A stretch of DNA of 37,871 nucleotides from Flavobacteriaceae bacterium (GCA_014763515.1 JACXVH010000001.1:1-37871), one strand, 5' to 3'; positions 8,925-17,332 are shown, numbered from the stretch's first letter. Numbers and translations are program-made. The notes: generated from the letters alone by a model not told the origin.

Positions 8925-9620
8925 TTATTTATTTTCTAATTCCTCTGTAATTTTATCTCTAAACTCGTCTTTACGAGAATTCTTTTTTAAAGCAAGTCGA
9001 TATTCTCGCAAAATAATCTTTACATCATCAGACATTTCATTATGAAGATCAGCCGAAGACATAGTATTATAACTTTCTCTGTACTCTTCTTCCCCTTTTT
9101 TATTTTTACCTTTTCTACCGCGATGATTAATATTCTTATCGAGTATTATAACATTTGGTGTTCCCAAATTATGATCTAAAGTAGTTTGTAACTTAAATGA
9201 ATTATAATATTCTTGAATGTCTTCTTTCGATGCAAAAACAAAATGCCAACCCGAAAGATCATCTGATACTAATTTAAATTTATCTAAAATTTCTTTACAA
9301 TCCTTTTCAGTTCCAATGGGCGCTATCATTACAAATTGAAAATCTTTGAAACCAAAATATTTATTATAAATTTTTTGATTTAAATTAAAAAGGTTGGTTT
9401 TATTCTCAAAAACTTCGGCACCAACAAATCCTAAGATGGTGATTTTATCTTTTAATTGAACAGTCTCTCCGTCAAGAGTTTTCCATGTTGCTGAAATTTC
9501 TTTATTACTTTCCGATAAAGTAGGCAAAAACAAAGCGTTGTGTTTTGCAGAAGCAAAAATTAAATACGTAACTATAGGAAATATAAAGAGAATTATTAAG
9601 ACAATTTTATTCTTATTCAT
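8925..9620 (-). CDS. Membrane-anchored Sco/thioredoxin-like protein lacking CxxxC
   Basis: Start at ATG 9620, below a -7 box (TATTTTTG, 9637-9644). One TM helix. Block order parallels the neighbouring Sco (ITILGF, FQFVMI, WHFV, VIILDK). Confidence 0.6.
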   Translation of the reverse strand: MNKNKIVLIILFIFPIVTYLIFASAKHNALFLPTLSESNKEISATWKTLDGETVQLKDKITILGFVGAEVFENKTNLFNLNQKIYNKYFGFKDFQFVMIAPIGTEKDCKEILDKFKLVSDDLSGWHFVFASKEDIQEYYNSFKLQTTLDHNLGTPNVIILDKNINHRGRKGKNKKGEEEYRESYNTMSSADLHNEMSDDVKIILREYRLALKKNSRKDEFRDKITEELENK

Positions 9621-9645
9621 TGAGTAATATTTCTCACAAAAATAC

Positions 9646-9674
9646 AAAAAAAAATCCCGATTAAATCGGGATTT
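9646..9674 (-). terminator. Intrinsic terminator after cox4
   Basis: aaatcccgat-taa-atcgggattt with a long T tract on the minus strand. Confidence 0.78.
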
Positions 9675-9691
9675 AATATGTTAAATTCTAA

Positions 9692-10042
9692 TTAGAATAT
9701 CCATTTTAAATATCCATGTTTGTAAACTTCAAAAACATAGTCTCCTTCTACTAAAAGAATAAATGATAAATAAATAATTAAGAAAACTGCAGTCCAAACC
9801 ACTGATCTTCTAAACCATTTTTTTTCACCCTCCATGTGCATGAAAGCCCAAGTAATGAAATATGCTTTAACTAAAGTTAAGATTAAGAAAATCCAGTTAA
9901 GTGGACTAGTTCCTAAAATACTTGTCATATGCAAACCATCTGGTTTAACAATACCTAATGCTACTTCAACAATTGTAACAAGAGATAAAATTCCAAAAAC
10001 TAACCAGATTCTTTTTGTATTTGATTCGTGTGCGTGTGCCAT
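9692..10042 (-). CDS. Cytochrome c oxidase subunit IV family protein
   Basis: Three TM helices, L..VT.VE and LTLVKAYFITWAFMHM. Directly follows cox3. Confidence 0.85.
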   Translation of the reverse strand: MAHAHESNTKRIWLVFGILSLVTIVEVALGIVKPDGLHMTSILGTSPLNWIFLILTLVKAYFITWAFMHMEGEKKWFRRSVVWTAVFLIIYLSFILLVEGDYVFEVYKHGYLKWIF

Positions 10043-10062
10043 AATCGATAAATCTTAATAAA

Positions 10063-11034
10063 TTAAACTAGGTAGAAGAATGTGAATACAAACACCCATA
10101 CTAAATCGACAAAGTGCCAGTACAATCCAACTTTTTCAACCATTTCATAACTTTTTCTTTTCTCGTAAGTTCCTAATAAAACATTGAAGAATATAATTAC
10201 ATTAATTACAACTCCAGAGAATACGTGGAAACCGTGGAAACCAGTAATAAAGAAGAAGAAGTTAGCAAATAATTTATGACCGTACTCATTGCGAACTAAA
10301 TTAGCACCTTCAACAACATATTTTGCATCGCCTAATCTTTTTAAAGATTCCTCACGATTTAAAACTACTTTCTTTTTATCTACAATTTGCTCAGTTCTTA
10401 TTAATAAATCAGGGTTTGCTTTAAATCCTTCAACAATTTCATTCACTGAGTATGAAGGCAAATTAGGCTCACTCATGAACCAAACACCTTTATCGCGGCT
10501 TAAATGTTCTCTTTCTTCTGGTAATACCTTTGCAAATTCAGCTAAAGAAACTCTCTCACCTTCTTTAGTTACAAATTGTAAAATTGATCCTCCTTTAGTT
10601 TCAATTGCACCAAACTCTCCATTGATGAAATTTTTCCACTCCCAAGCTTGAGAACCTAAGAATATTAAACCTCCAACGATAGTTAATGCCATGTAAATTG
10701 CAACTTTTGTCTTCTTTAAATGATGTCCTGCATCTACAGCAAGAACCATAGTTACAGAAGAAAAGATAAGTATAAAAGTCATCAACGCCACATAATACAT
10801 AGGTGCATCTACACCGTGTAAAAATGGAAAGTGCGTAAACACTTCGTCTGCAATAGGCCAAGTTTCAATAAATTTAAATCTTGAAAAACCATAAGCTGCT
10901 AGAAATCCTGAAAATGTTAATGCATCTGATAAGATGAAATACCACATCATCATTTTTCCATAGGTTGCTCCTAATGGTCCTGGACCGCCATCTAATATTG
11001 CGTATTCATCATGAGTAATAACTGTCGCTCCCAT
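10063..11034 (-). CDS. Cytochrome c oxidase subunit III paralog with a large soluble insertion
   Basis: WYFILSDALTF, TFILIFSS, FLGSQAWEW, ITGFHGFHV and GLYWHFVDLVW. Confidence 0.9.
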   Translation of the reverse strand: MGATVITHDEYAILDGGPGPLGATYGKMMMWYFILSDALTFSGFLAAYGFSRFKFIETWPIADEVFTHFPFLHGVDAPMYYVALMTFILIFSSVTMVLAVDAGHHLKKTKVAIYMALTIVGGLIFLGSQAWEWKNFINGEFGAIETKGGSILQFVTKEGERVSLAEFAKVLPEEREHLSRDKGVWFMSEPNLPSYSVNEIVEGFKANPDLLIRTEQIVDKKKVVLNREESLKRLGDAKYVVEGANLVRNEYGHKLFANFFFFITGFHGFHVFSGVVINVIIFFNVLLGTYEKRKSYEMVEKVGLYWHFVDLVWVFVFTFFYLV

Positions 11035-11080
11035 AAAATTTTTAAGTTGTTAAAAAGTTCCCAAATTTATTATTTTTTTT

Positions 11081-11674
11081 CTATTTGAAAAAATAGAAAA
11101 ATAAAAACAAATATAACCAGATAAAATCCATAAAGTGCCAATACATCGCACTTAGTTCAATACCAAGGGTTTGAGTTGGTGTATATTTTTGTTTAAAATG
11201 ATTATAAATTACAAAAAAAAGCGAGAAAAAACCGCCAACAAGGTGAGCAATGTGAACAATAACAAACGCATATAAAAACGAAATTGTTACCGATCCTGTT
11301 GGCCCAGTTGGCACTAATCCTTCTGTAAATAAAATACTGAATCCTTTAAATTGAAAAATTACAAACAAGATTCCCAAGCCTAATGTCGCTAATAAAAAAA
11401 TCATTCCTTTAGGATTATCACCTTTTTTTACCATTTTTTTAGCCATCCAAAAAGTTACACTACTTACTAATAGCAAAATGGTGCTATACAAAAAAGTATC
11501 GGGCATTTCAAAATTTTGCAACCAATCTTTTCTCGATTTACTAACCACAAATCCGCTTGTTAATCCTGCAAAAATCATGACAATACTTATCATGGCAAAA
11601 ATCAACAACATTTTATAGGTTTTACCTTTTTGAAGGTATAGTTCTTGTTCTTGAGTTGTTTTAATATTTTCCAT
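11081..11674 (-). CDS. Cytochrome c oxidase subunit III paralog (short, five TM)
   Basis: STILLLVSS, F...Q, HIAHL and MYWHFMDFIW. Confidence 0.88.
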   Translation of the reverse strand: MENIKTTQEQELYLQKGKTYKMLLIFAMISIVMIFAGLTSGFVVSKSRKDWLQNFEMPDTFLYSTILLLVSSVTFWMAKKMVKKGDNPKGMIFLLATLGLGILFVIFQFKGFSILFTEGLVPTGPTGSVTISFLYAFVIVHIAHLVGGFFSLFFVIYNHFKQKYTPTQTLGIELSAMYWHFMDFIWLYLFLFFYFFK

Positions 11675-11675
11675 T

Positions 11676-12578
11676 TTATCTTAAAAACTTATCTACAATA
11701 TAAACAATTTGCAATAGCGTAATATAAGAAACACTTACAATCATTAATTTTCTAGCCGCCATTTTATCCATTTCTCTATACAATTTTAAAGCATAATAAA
11801 GCATCCAAAATCCTAAAAGCACTACAATTACTGCCGAAATTTTAGTTAAAAACAACTTACCTGTAAAACCGAAAGCTGGAATTATTGAGGCTAAAATTGT
11901 CCAAATAGTATAGAATATAATTTGAAACGCTGTTTTCTTATCTTTTTTACCTGTAGGCAACATAAAAAAACCAGCCTTTTCATAATCTTCATACAAAAAC
12001 CAACCGATGGCCCAAAAATGTGGAAATTGCCAAAAAAACTGAACTATAAAAAGCGTTCCTGCTTCTATTCCAAAATGACCTGTTGCAGCAACCCAACCTA
12101 ACATAAAAGGTATTGCTCCTGGAAAAGCCCCAACAAAAACAGACAAAGGCGTTTTTGTCTTTAAAGGCGTATATAAAAACACATACATAAAAATAGAAAT
12201 AGCTCCAAACATTGCTGTTTTTGGATTTACTGCAAATAAAATTGACAATCCCAATACAGTTAAAACTATCCCTAAAATTAAAGCATTTTGTGTTGAAATT
12301 AAACCTGCAGGTAATGGTCTATTTTTAGTACGATCCATTAAAGCATCCAAATCTTTTTCAATAATTTGATTGAAAACATTTGAAGCTCCCACCATGCAGT
12401 AACCTCCAATTATAAGTAAAAACAAAGTTACCCAAGAGTTCTCATTCCAATGTTCAACTCCAAGAACATAACCCGCCAAAGTAGATACCACTACACTAAT
12501 AGACAATCTTGCCTTAGTGATCGCAACAAATTTTGAAAAAAGAGTTGGTTGAGATATGGCGTTATTATTAGAACTCAA
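11676..12578 (-). CDS. ctaB: Protoheme IX farnesyltransferase (heme o synthase)
   Basis: NQIIEKDLDALMDRTKNRPLP, YTPLK, GAFPGA.P and WQFPHFWAI. TTG start. Confidence 0.95.
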   Translation of the reverse strand: MSSNNNAISQPTLFSKFVAITKARLSISVVVSTLAGYVLGVEHWNENSWVTLFLLIIGGYCMVGASNVFNQIIEKDLDALMDRTKNRPLPAGLISTQNALILGIVLTVLGLSILFAVNPKTAMFGAISIFMYVFLYTPLKTKTPLSVFVGAFPGAIPFMLGWVAATGHFGIEAGTLFIVQFFWQFPHFWAIGWFLYEDYEKAGFFMLPTGKKDKKTAFQIIFYTIWTILASIIPAFGFTGKLFLTKISAVIVVLLGFWMLYYALKLYREMDKMAARKLMIVSVSYITLLQIVYIVDKFLR

Positions 12579-12610
12579 AACAGTAATAAACCTTATTTTT
12601 TTATTGAGCG

Positions 12611-12618
12611 CAAAGATA
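12611..12618 (-). promoter_or_regulatory. -7 element for ctaB
   Basis: TATCTTTG on the minus strand, 32 nt upstream of the start codon. Confidence 0.6.
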
Positions 12619-12622
12619 CTAA

Positions 12623-12657
12623 ATTAGTGATTAGTAATTCGTGATTCGTGATTAGTT
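12623..12657. repeat. Five-copy 7-bp tandem repeat
   Basis: ATTAGTG ATTAGTA ATTCGTG ATTCGTG ATTAGTT. Confidence 0.85.
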
Positions 12658-12684
12658 TTTTTAAGCATCTGGTAGAATTTCTTA

Positions 12685-12720
12685 AAAATAAAAAAATCCT
12701 AAATAAACTTTAGGATTTTT
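12685..12720 (-). terminator. Intrinsic terminator after the RemB-like gene
   Basis: aaaaatcctaaa-taaac-tttaggattttt with a T-rich tract on the minus strand. Confidence 0.75.
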
Positions 12721-12727
12721 AATACTA

Positions 12728-14839
12728 TTAGTAATCGAAATACCAGTTAAACAAATCACTTCTAATTCCAATTGAAATCCAAGTAGTGTTTGACTTAACA
12801 GTTGTTGCTGTTTCAGCTGTTGGGTCAAAATTGCGATACAAGAAACTTCCGAAAACTTTTAAGTTAGAAGATGGATTAACTAAATATCCTAATTGCAATT
12901 CTGTTATAAAAATATTTGTTTTATTTCCTTGAGCAATTGTAACTCCTATGTCTCTAGGACGATTATCATTATAACTTAAGAATATATTTCCTCCATAATT
13001 ATAATTATCCGTTCCATCGTTAAAATCAAATCCTTTTTGACCATAAGTAACTTTCATTTCTCCGTAATATCTTCCTTTATAATATCTAGCTATTCCAACA
13101 AGTTCTCTAAAATTTCCTCCCCATTGATGCCCCATGCTTAAATTATTATGAGCATAATTTGTTAATGGATTACTATGTGAATAAACATATGGCCTTACAT
13201 GATTGTACTCTAATTGTAAAGTTAGATTTTTCACTTTAAAAGCATCGTAATATTTAGCTCCCAGTTGGTATCCAAACTTGTTTTTCCAACTCTTATCACC
13301 TGCTTTTACATCACCAATTGAAAACTCATCTAACAAAAATTGTCCATATAAATTAACCTTATTATTCCACTTGTATTTTGCAGTGGCACCTAAAACTGCA
13401 TTTCCTGCTTTAGAAGAAGAAGAAAATTCTACAGCTCTATAAAAAATAATTGGATTAATAAAATTTGCATCAAAACCTCTGTCATTTGTATTAGTCCAAA
13501 CAACATTTTCAAATAAACCGATATTTAATTTTTTAGACACATTATAACTTAAATAATGACTTGCCATATATTTTGTAGCATAGGTTCCATCCACAGTTAC
13601 TTCCGGACGAACATCTTTTAACCACATATAAGTATTCGTGTATTTTATTTTCCAAAAAGTAGTGTTAATTTTAAAATATGGATAAGGGCTTACACCATCA
13701 CCTTGTAATAAAGAACGATAACCATCTCCAATAAAGTTTCTACCATAACCAAGCTGCAAATCAAAAATTTCACTAGGCTTAAATTTAATATTAGCGTCCG
13801 CCATTGGAAAATCGTAAGCGTCATCTTTAAAACTTTTGGCAATACCAATACCAGGAATAATCGCAGGGTTTCCACCTGATGGCTTTATACTCTCTGAATA
13901 TGCATTATAATAATCTGCAAATCGACCTTGACTTTCATAAATAGATGCAGAAAAAGTTATTTGATTCCCTAAACCACCCTGAACATTTAAACCTCTAGTA
14001 TTAACAAAAGTGTTTGACGCTTCACTTTTTGTATCTTTTCCTATTCTAAAATCAACGATTGGATTTAATGTAAACCAATAATTTTCTCCCTGAATAGCAA
14101 TTAAATTCTCATTCCAAAATTTTCTTCCCAACCAACTTTCTTGGGTTTTTGACAACGATTGATAAGCCGCTTCAAAATCATAATATTTTGCTACTTCTGC
14201 ATAAGAATAGGGCTTTGTTGCCGTATGATTATTACTACCCACCTGGTTTATTAACGCATCGAAAACCGCATAATTTTGATGAGTAAATGCTAAATTTAAA
14301 GAACTTTTAAACTGTGGGTTGTCGAACTTTTTATAATTCTTAGCAACATCTTCAAACTCTGTTAATTCTTTAGAATTATCTATTAACTCTTTATTAGTTC
14401 TATCCTGACCTTTAGTAAAATCGGTTTCTGCTTTATACTTTTTGGGCTCTTGTAAAGGTATATCTATTTTTAAATTAAACTTTGCATAGGTTTTTCTACC
14501 CGAAAATGTAGCGGGTTTTACCTTCGGTAAAGCTGCAAATATTCTTTCTGTTTCCTTTTTTAAATCTCCAGATGGTGCATCAATATATAAGGGTTTAAAA
14601 TTACCCGTAGTATCAACTTCAAATACTGCATTGATAGTTCCATTTATTTTATTATCAGCTTCAGATACTTTGAAATTTTGAAAGACAAATTGCTGTATTG
14701 TATTATTAAAACACTCTTGTTCTTGTTCTCTAGCAACATTCTCACATTCAGAAAAAATCGGAAAATGTTGATTTTTATCTTGAGCAAATGCTACATTTGA
14801 AATAATAAATAAACCAAAAATTACTAAAAAATTTTTCAT
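12728..14839 (-). CDS. RemB-like outer membrane protein: signal peptide, TonB-C-like domain and predicted beta-barrel
   Basis: Start ATG 14839, 1 nt after the deoC stop. Cleavage at AFA|Q. Residues 26-129 resemble the neighbouring TonB C domains. Amphipathic strands follow, ending in aromatic NWYFDY. The RemB name is recalled from similar Flavobacterium loci and not verified. Confidence 0.65.
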   Translation of the reverse strand: MKNFLVIFGLFIISNVAFAQDKNQHFPIFSECENVAREQEQECFNNTIQQFVFQNFKVSEADNKINGTINAVFEVDTTGNFKPLYIDAPSGDLKKETERIFAALPKVKPATFSGRKTYAKFNLKIDIPLQEPKKYKAETDFTKGQDRTNKELIDNSKELTEFEDVAKNYKKFDNPQFKSSLNLAFTHQNYAVFDALINQVGSNNHTATKPYSYAEVAKYYDFEAAYQSLSKTQESWLGRKFWNENLIAIQGENYWFTLNPIVDFRIGKDTKSEASNTFVNTRGLNVQGGLGNQITFSASIYESQGRFADYYNAYSESIKPSGGNPAIIPGIGIAKSFKDDAYDFPMADANIKFKPSEIFDLQLGYGRNFIGDGYRSLLQGDGVSPYPYFKINTTFWKIKYTNTYMWLKDVRPEVTVDGTYATKYMASHYLSYNVSKKLNIGLFENVVWTNTNDRGFDANFINPIIFYRAVEFSSSSKAGNAVLGATAKYKWNNKVNLYGQFLLDEFSIGDVKAGDKSWKNKFGYQLGAKYYDAFKVKNLTLQLEYNHVRPYVYSHSNPLTNYAHNNLSMGHQWGGNFRELVGIARYYKGRYYGEMKVTYGQKGFDFNDGTDNYNYGGNIFLSYNDNRPRDIGVTIAQGNKTNIFITELQLGYLVNPSSNLKVFGSFLYRNFDPTAETATTVKSNTTWISIGIRSDLFNWYFDY

Positions 14840-14840
14840 A

Positions 14841-15584
14841 CTAATAGTCCGATTCTGAAACTTCTCCATTTGCGATTGCTCTTGCCGATGAAGTTCCAAT
14901 TCTTTTTACACCTAATTTAATCATTTCTACAGCTTCTTCATAAGTTCTTACTCCTCCAGCTGCTTTTACAGGAAGTGGACAAGAATTTTCGATCATTAAT
15001 TTTATTGTTGGCACAGTTGCGCCATTTGGCATTCCTGGTTCGGTTTTATAAAATCCTGTAGACGACTTTACAAAAACATTTTCGTACACATTCTCTTTGA
15101 AATTTGCCAGCACCACATTTTTAATTAATGCAGATAAACGTACTATTTCTTCATTTGTTAAAGCCGCTACTTCTATTATCCATTTTACAATTTTATCATG
15201 AGACAAACCTAGTTTAGTACATTGTAAAACTTGATTTTTAACATAATCAATTTCTCCACGTTTGAACGCTTCATAATCTACTACAAAATCTAAATCATCA
15301 ACATTATCTTGAATCGCTCTGTTGGCCTCAGAAATTTTTTCTTCTACTGAAGATTCACCTTTAGGAAAATCAATTACAGTTCCAACCGTTACTTTAGAAT
15401 TAGCATTTTGAATCATTTCTTTAGCTAATTTTACAAACTCAGGACGAATCATAATTAACTTAAAATCATTCTCAATCGCTTCTTGAATTGCAGCTGTAAC
15501 AACTTCTTTATTTTCATTTTCAGACAAACCTGCTTGTGCTGCCGTTTTTAAATATGTTGAATCTAAATATTGCTTGATATTCAT
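14841..15584 (-). CDS. deoC: Deoxyribose-phosphate aldolase
   Basis: TVIDFPKG, DDLDFV, VKWIIE, FVKSSTGF, VKAAGGVR and RIGTSS. Start moved to ATG 15584 because the longer frame overlaps a terminator. Confidence 0.92.
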   Translation of the reverse strand: MNIKQYLDSTYLKTAAQAGLSENENKEVVTAAIQEAIENDFKLIMIRPEFVKLAKEMIQNANSKVTVGTVIDFPKGESSVEEKISEANRAIQDNVDDLDFVVDYEAFKRGEIDYVKNQVLQCTKLGLSHDKIVKWIIEVAALTNEEIVRLSALIKNVVLANFKENVYENVFVKSSTGFYKTEPGMPNGATVPTIKLMIENSCPLPVKAAGGVRTYEEAVEMIKLGVKRIGTSSARAIANGEVSESDY

Positions 15585-15610
15585 TTCTATTTTTATTAGA
15601 TGGTAAAAAT

Positions 15611-15640
15611 AAAAAAATCCCAACGAATTGGGATTTTTTT
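15611..15640. terminator. Symmetrical intrinsic terminator after the second tonB
   Basis: aaaaaaatcccaa-cgaa-ttgggattttttt. Confidence 0.85.
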
Positions 15641-15660
15641 GTGTTATTAATTTATTTGTT

Positions 15661-16435
15661 TTAATTCAATCTAAATGAAACTGGAAGTGTATATTTTACT
15701 TTTACAGCTTTTTGTCCTTGCTTCGCTGGAATTAATTTTGGTAATTTTTTTATTGCTTTAATAGCCGCTAATTGCATTTCAAGTGTAGCTCTTTTATTGT
15801 CTAAAGCTTTTACGTTAATAATTTCACCTTTTTCGTCTATAATAAATTCTACTAAAGCAGTACCTTGTTTTCCATTTTCTAGATCATCACCTGGATATAC
15901 AACATTTTTTATTACTCTTTTAGACAATTGTGTTTCAAAACATTCTTTTTGTTCAGCACGAGAAAGTCCTTTACACTCTGGAAACATTGGCAACTGCTCT
16001 ACTGAAAAAACTGTTTCAAATGGTCTACTTAAAGGAACTTCAGTAATAGTAGTATTATTAGTTTCTGTAGGAGTATCATTGTTATTAGTTGTATCTGTAA
16101 AATTATCTTGAGTTGAAGTATTATTACTATTTGTTACTACATTATTATCTTTTACTTCAAAATCGTTAACTACATCTGGCAATGTTTTTGCTGGAAGAGG
16201 GTTTTTTAATTATAGGTTCGCTAGCTTGTGGCAAACGCTCAATAATTCTATACATTTTATCTTCTGGTTCATCATCGATACCAATTGTCGGAATTACTGC
16301 TGCTACTTCATGTTTAATTGTTTTAAACTTAAATTCTAAAATAAAAAGAATTACCAACATACAACCAATTAATCCTAATTGAAAATAGATAAAACTATTT
16401 TTACTTCTAGACTTTAAATTTGCATTTGTTTTCAT
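15661..16435 (-). pseudogene. tonB: Energy transducer TonB split by a +1 frameshift (pseudogene, sequencing error or recoding)
   Basis: ORF 16166-16435 holds the TM anchor (YFQLGL...LE, like YFQVGL...IE in the intact copy). ORF 15661-16182 holds the TonB C domain. Removing one base from the 775-bp span gives a 257-aa protein. Confidence 0.8.
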
Positions 16436-16482
16436 AATGCATAGTATTTAATTGTTAACAACTCTTTAACAGTTAACATTAC

Positions 16483-16498
16483 ACAATATGTATGCCAA
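16483..16498 (-). promoter_or_regulatory. Candidate sigma54 -24/-12 promoter for the second tonB
   Basis: TTGGCATACATATTGT has GG-N10-G spacing, with T in place of the consensus -12 C. Confidence 0.4.
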
Positions 16499-16528
16499 AA
16501 AAAATCCCTCCGAATTTGGAGGGATTTT
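16497..16528 (-). terminator. Intrinsic terminator after the first tonB
   Basis: Minus strand aaaatccctcc-aaattc-ggagggatttttttt. Confidence 0.85.
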
Positions 16529-16539
16529 ATATAATTAAA

Positions 16540-17280
16540 TTATTGCAATTTAAATGTAATTGGTAAACCATATTTAACTTTTACTGGTTTCCCTCTTTGT
16601 TTACCTGGAGTAAATTTAGGAAGCTTTTCGATAATTCTTTTTGCTTCTTTCTCAAGATCTGCTCCTCCTTTAGGACCTCTCATTTGGATATCAGTAACAT
16701 TTCCTTGTTTATCAATAACAAACTGAACTGCTACACGTCCTTGAATTCCTTCCTCAGCAGCGCTTTCTGGGTAAGTGAAATATTTTTTAATGTGCTTGTT
16801 CATTTGCTGATTAAAACACTCCATTCTTTTTGCTTTTGGTACGTTTTCACAACCTGGGAACAATGGAATATCTTCAATAACTGCAAAAGGAACTTCAGCA
16901 TCTAAATCTTCTAGAGCATCTCCTCCAGTACTTCCTACATCTGATGCTTTAACAACCACAACTGGTTTGTTTTCTTGCACTTCAGTAGTTTCGATTTTTT
17001 TCTCTTCAATTTTAATTTCATCCTTAACCACTTCGATAACTTCTGGAGCTGGCGGTGGTGGCGGTGGTAATTGTTGAACAGGAGGTAATGTTATGATTGC
17101 TTCTTCGTCATCTACAACCAAATTGTCTGTTACAAATCTTTCTTCTTTTTCTTGAATAGGATCCATTGACTTTAATTCAATACCCAAATAAGACAATAAC
17201 AAGATCGCCATTAATCCTACTTGAAAATACAGCAAGCTGTTTCTTTTCGGGTCAACATTAGGATTTTTCTTTAATTCCAT
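16540..17280 (-). CDS. tonB: Energy transducer TonB
   Basis: TM anchor, PPPPPPAP linker, then YPESA...GIQGRVAVQFVIDKQG...PGKQRGKPVKVKYGLPITF. Confidence 0.93.
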   Translation of the reverse strand: MELKKNPNVDPKRNSLLYFQVGLMAILLLSYLGIELKSMDPIQEKEERFVTDNLVVDDEEAIITLPPVQQLPPPPPPAPEVIEVVKDEIKIEEKKIETTEVQENKPVVVVKASDVGSTGGDALEDLDAEVPFAVIEDIPLFPGCENVPKAKRMECFNQQMNKHIKKYFTYPESAAEEGIQGRVAVQFVIDKQGNVTDIQMRGPKGGADLEKEAKRIIEKLPKFTPGKQRGKPVKVKYGLPITFKLQ

Positions 17281-17332
17281 ATTCTAAATTTTGAGGTGCT
17301 AATATAGTTAATAATAGATTTGTTTAAAAATT

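Noticed and set aside
8387-10861. ORFs 8387-8569, 9834-10058, 10289-10651 and 10601-10861
   Set aside because: Antisense or alternate-frame ORFs within sco, cox4 and cox3; no recognisable features.
7625-12657. The two heptamer arrays as CRISPR arrays or IS ends
   Set aside because: 7-bp units with no unique spacers, cas genes or transposase.
15661-16182. Independent 173-aa TonB-C gene starting at TTG 16182
   Set aside because: It has no export signal, and the upstream ORF supplies the missing anchor. Better explained as one frameshifted gene.
13690-16905. ORFs 13690-13875, 15797-16111, 16182-16382 and 16597-16905
   Set aside because: Nested in, or antisense to, the RemB-like and tonB genes.
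17048-17068. GC-rich trinucleotide-like repeat
   Set aside because: Encodes the ordinary TonB polyproline linker.
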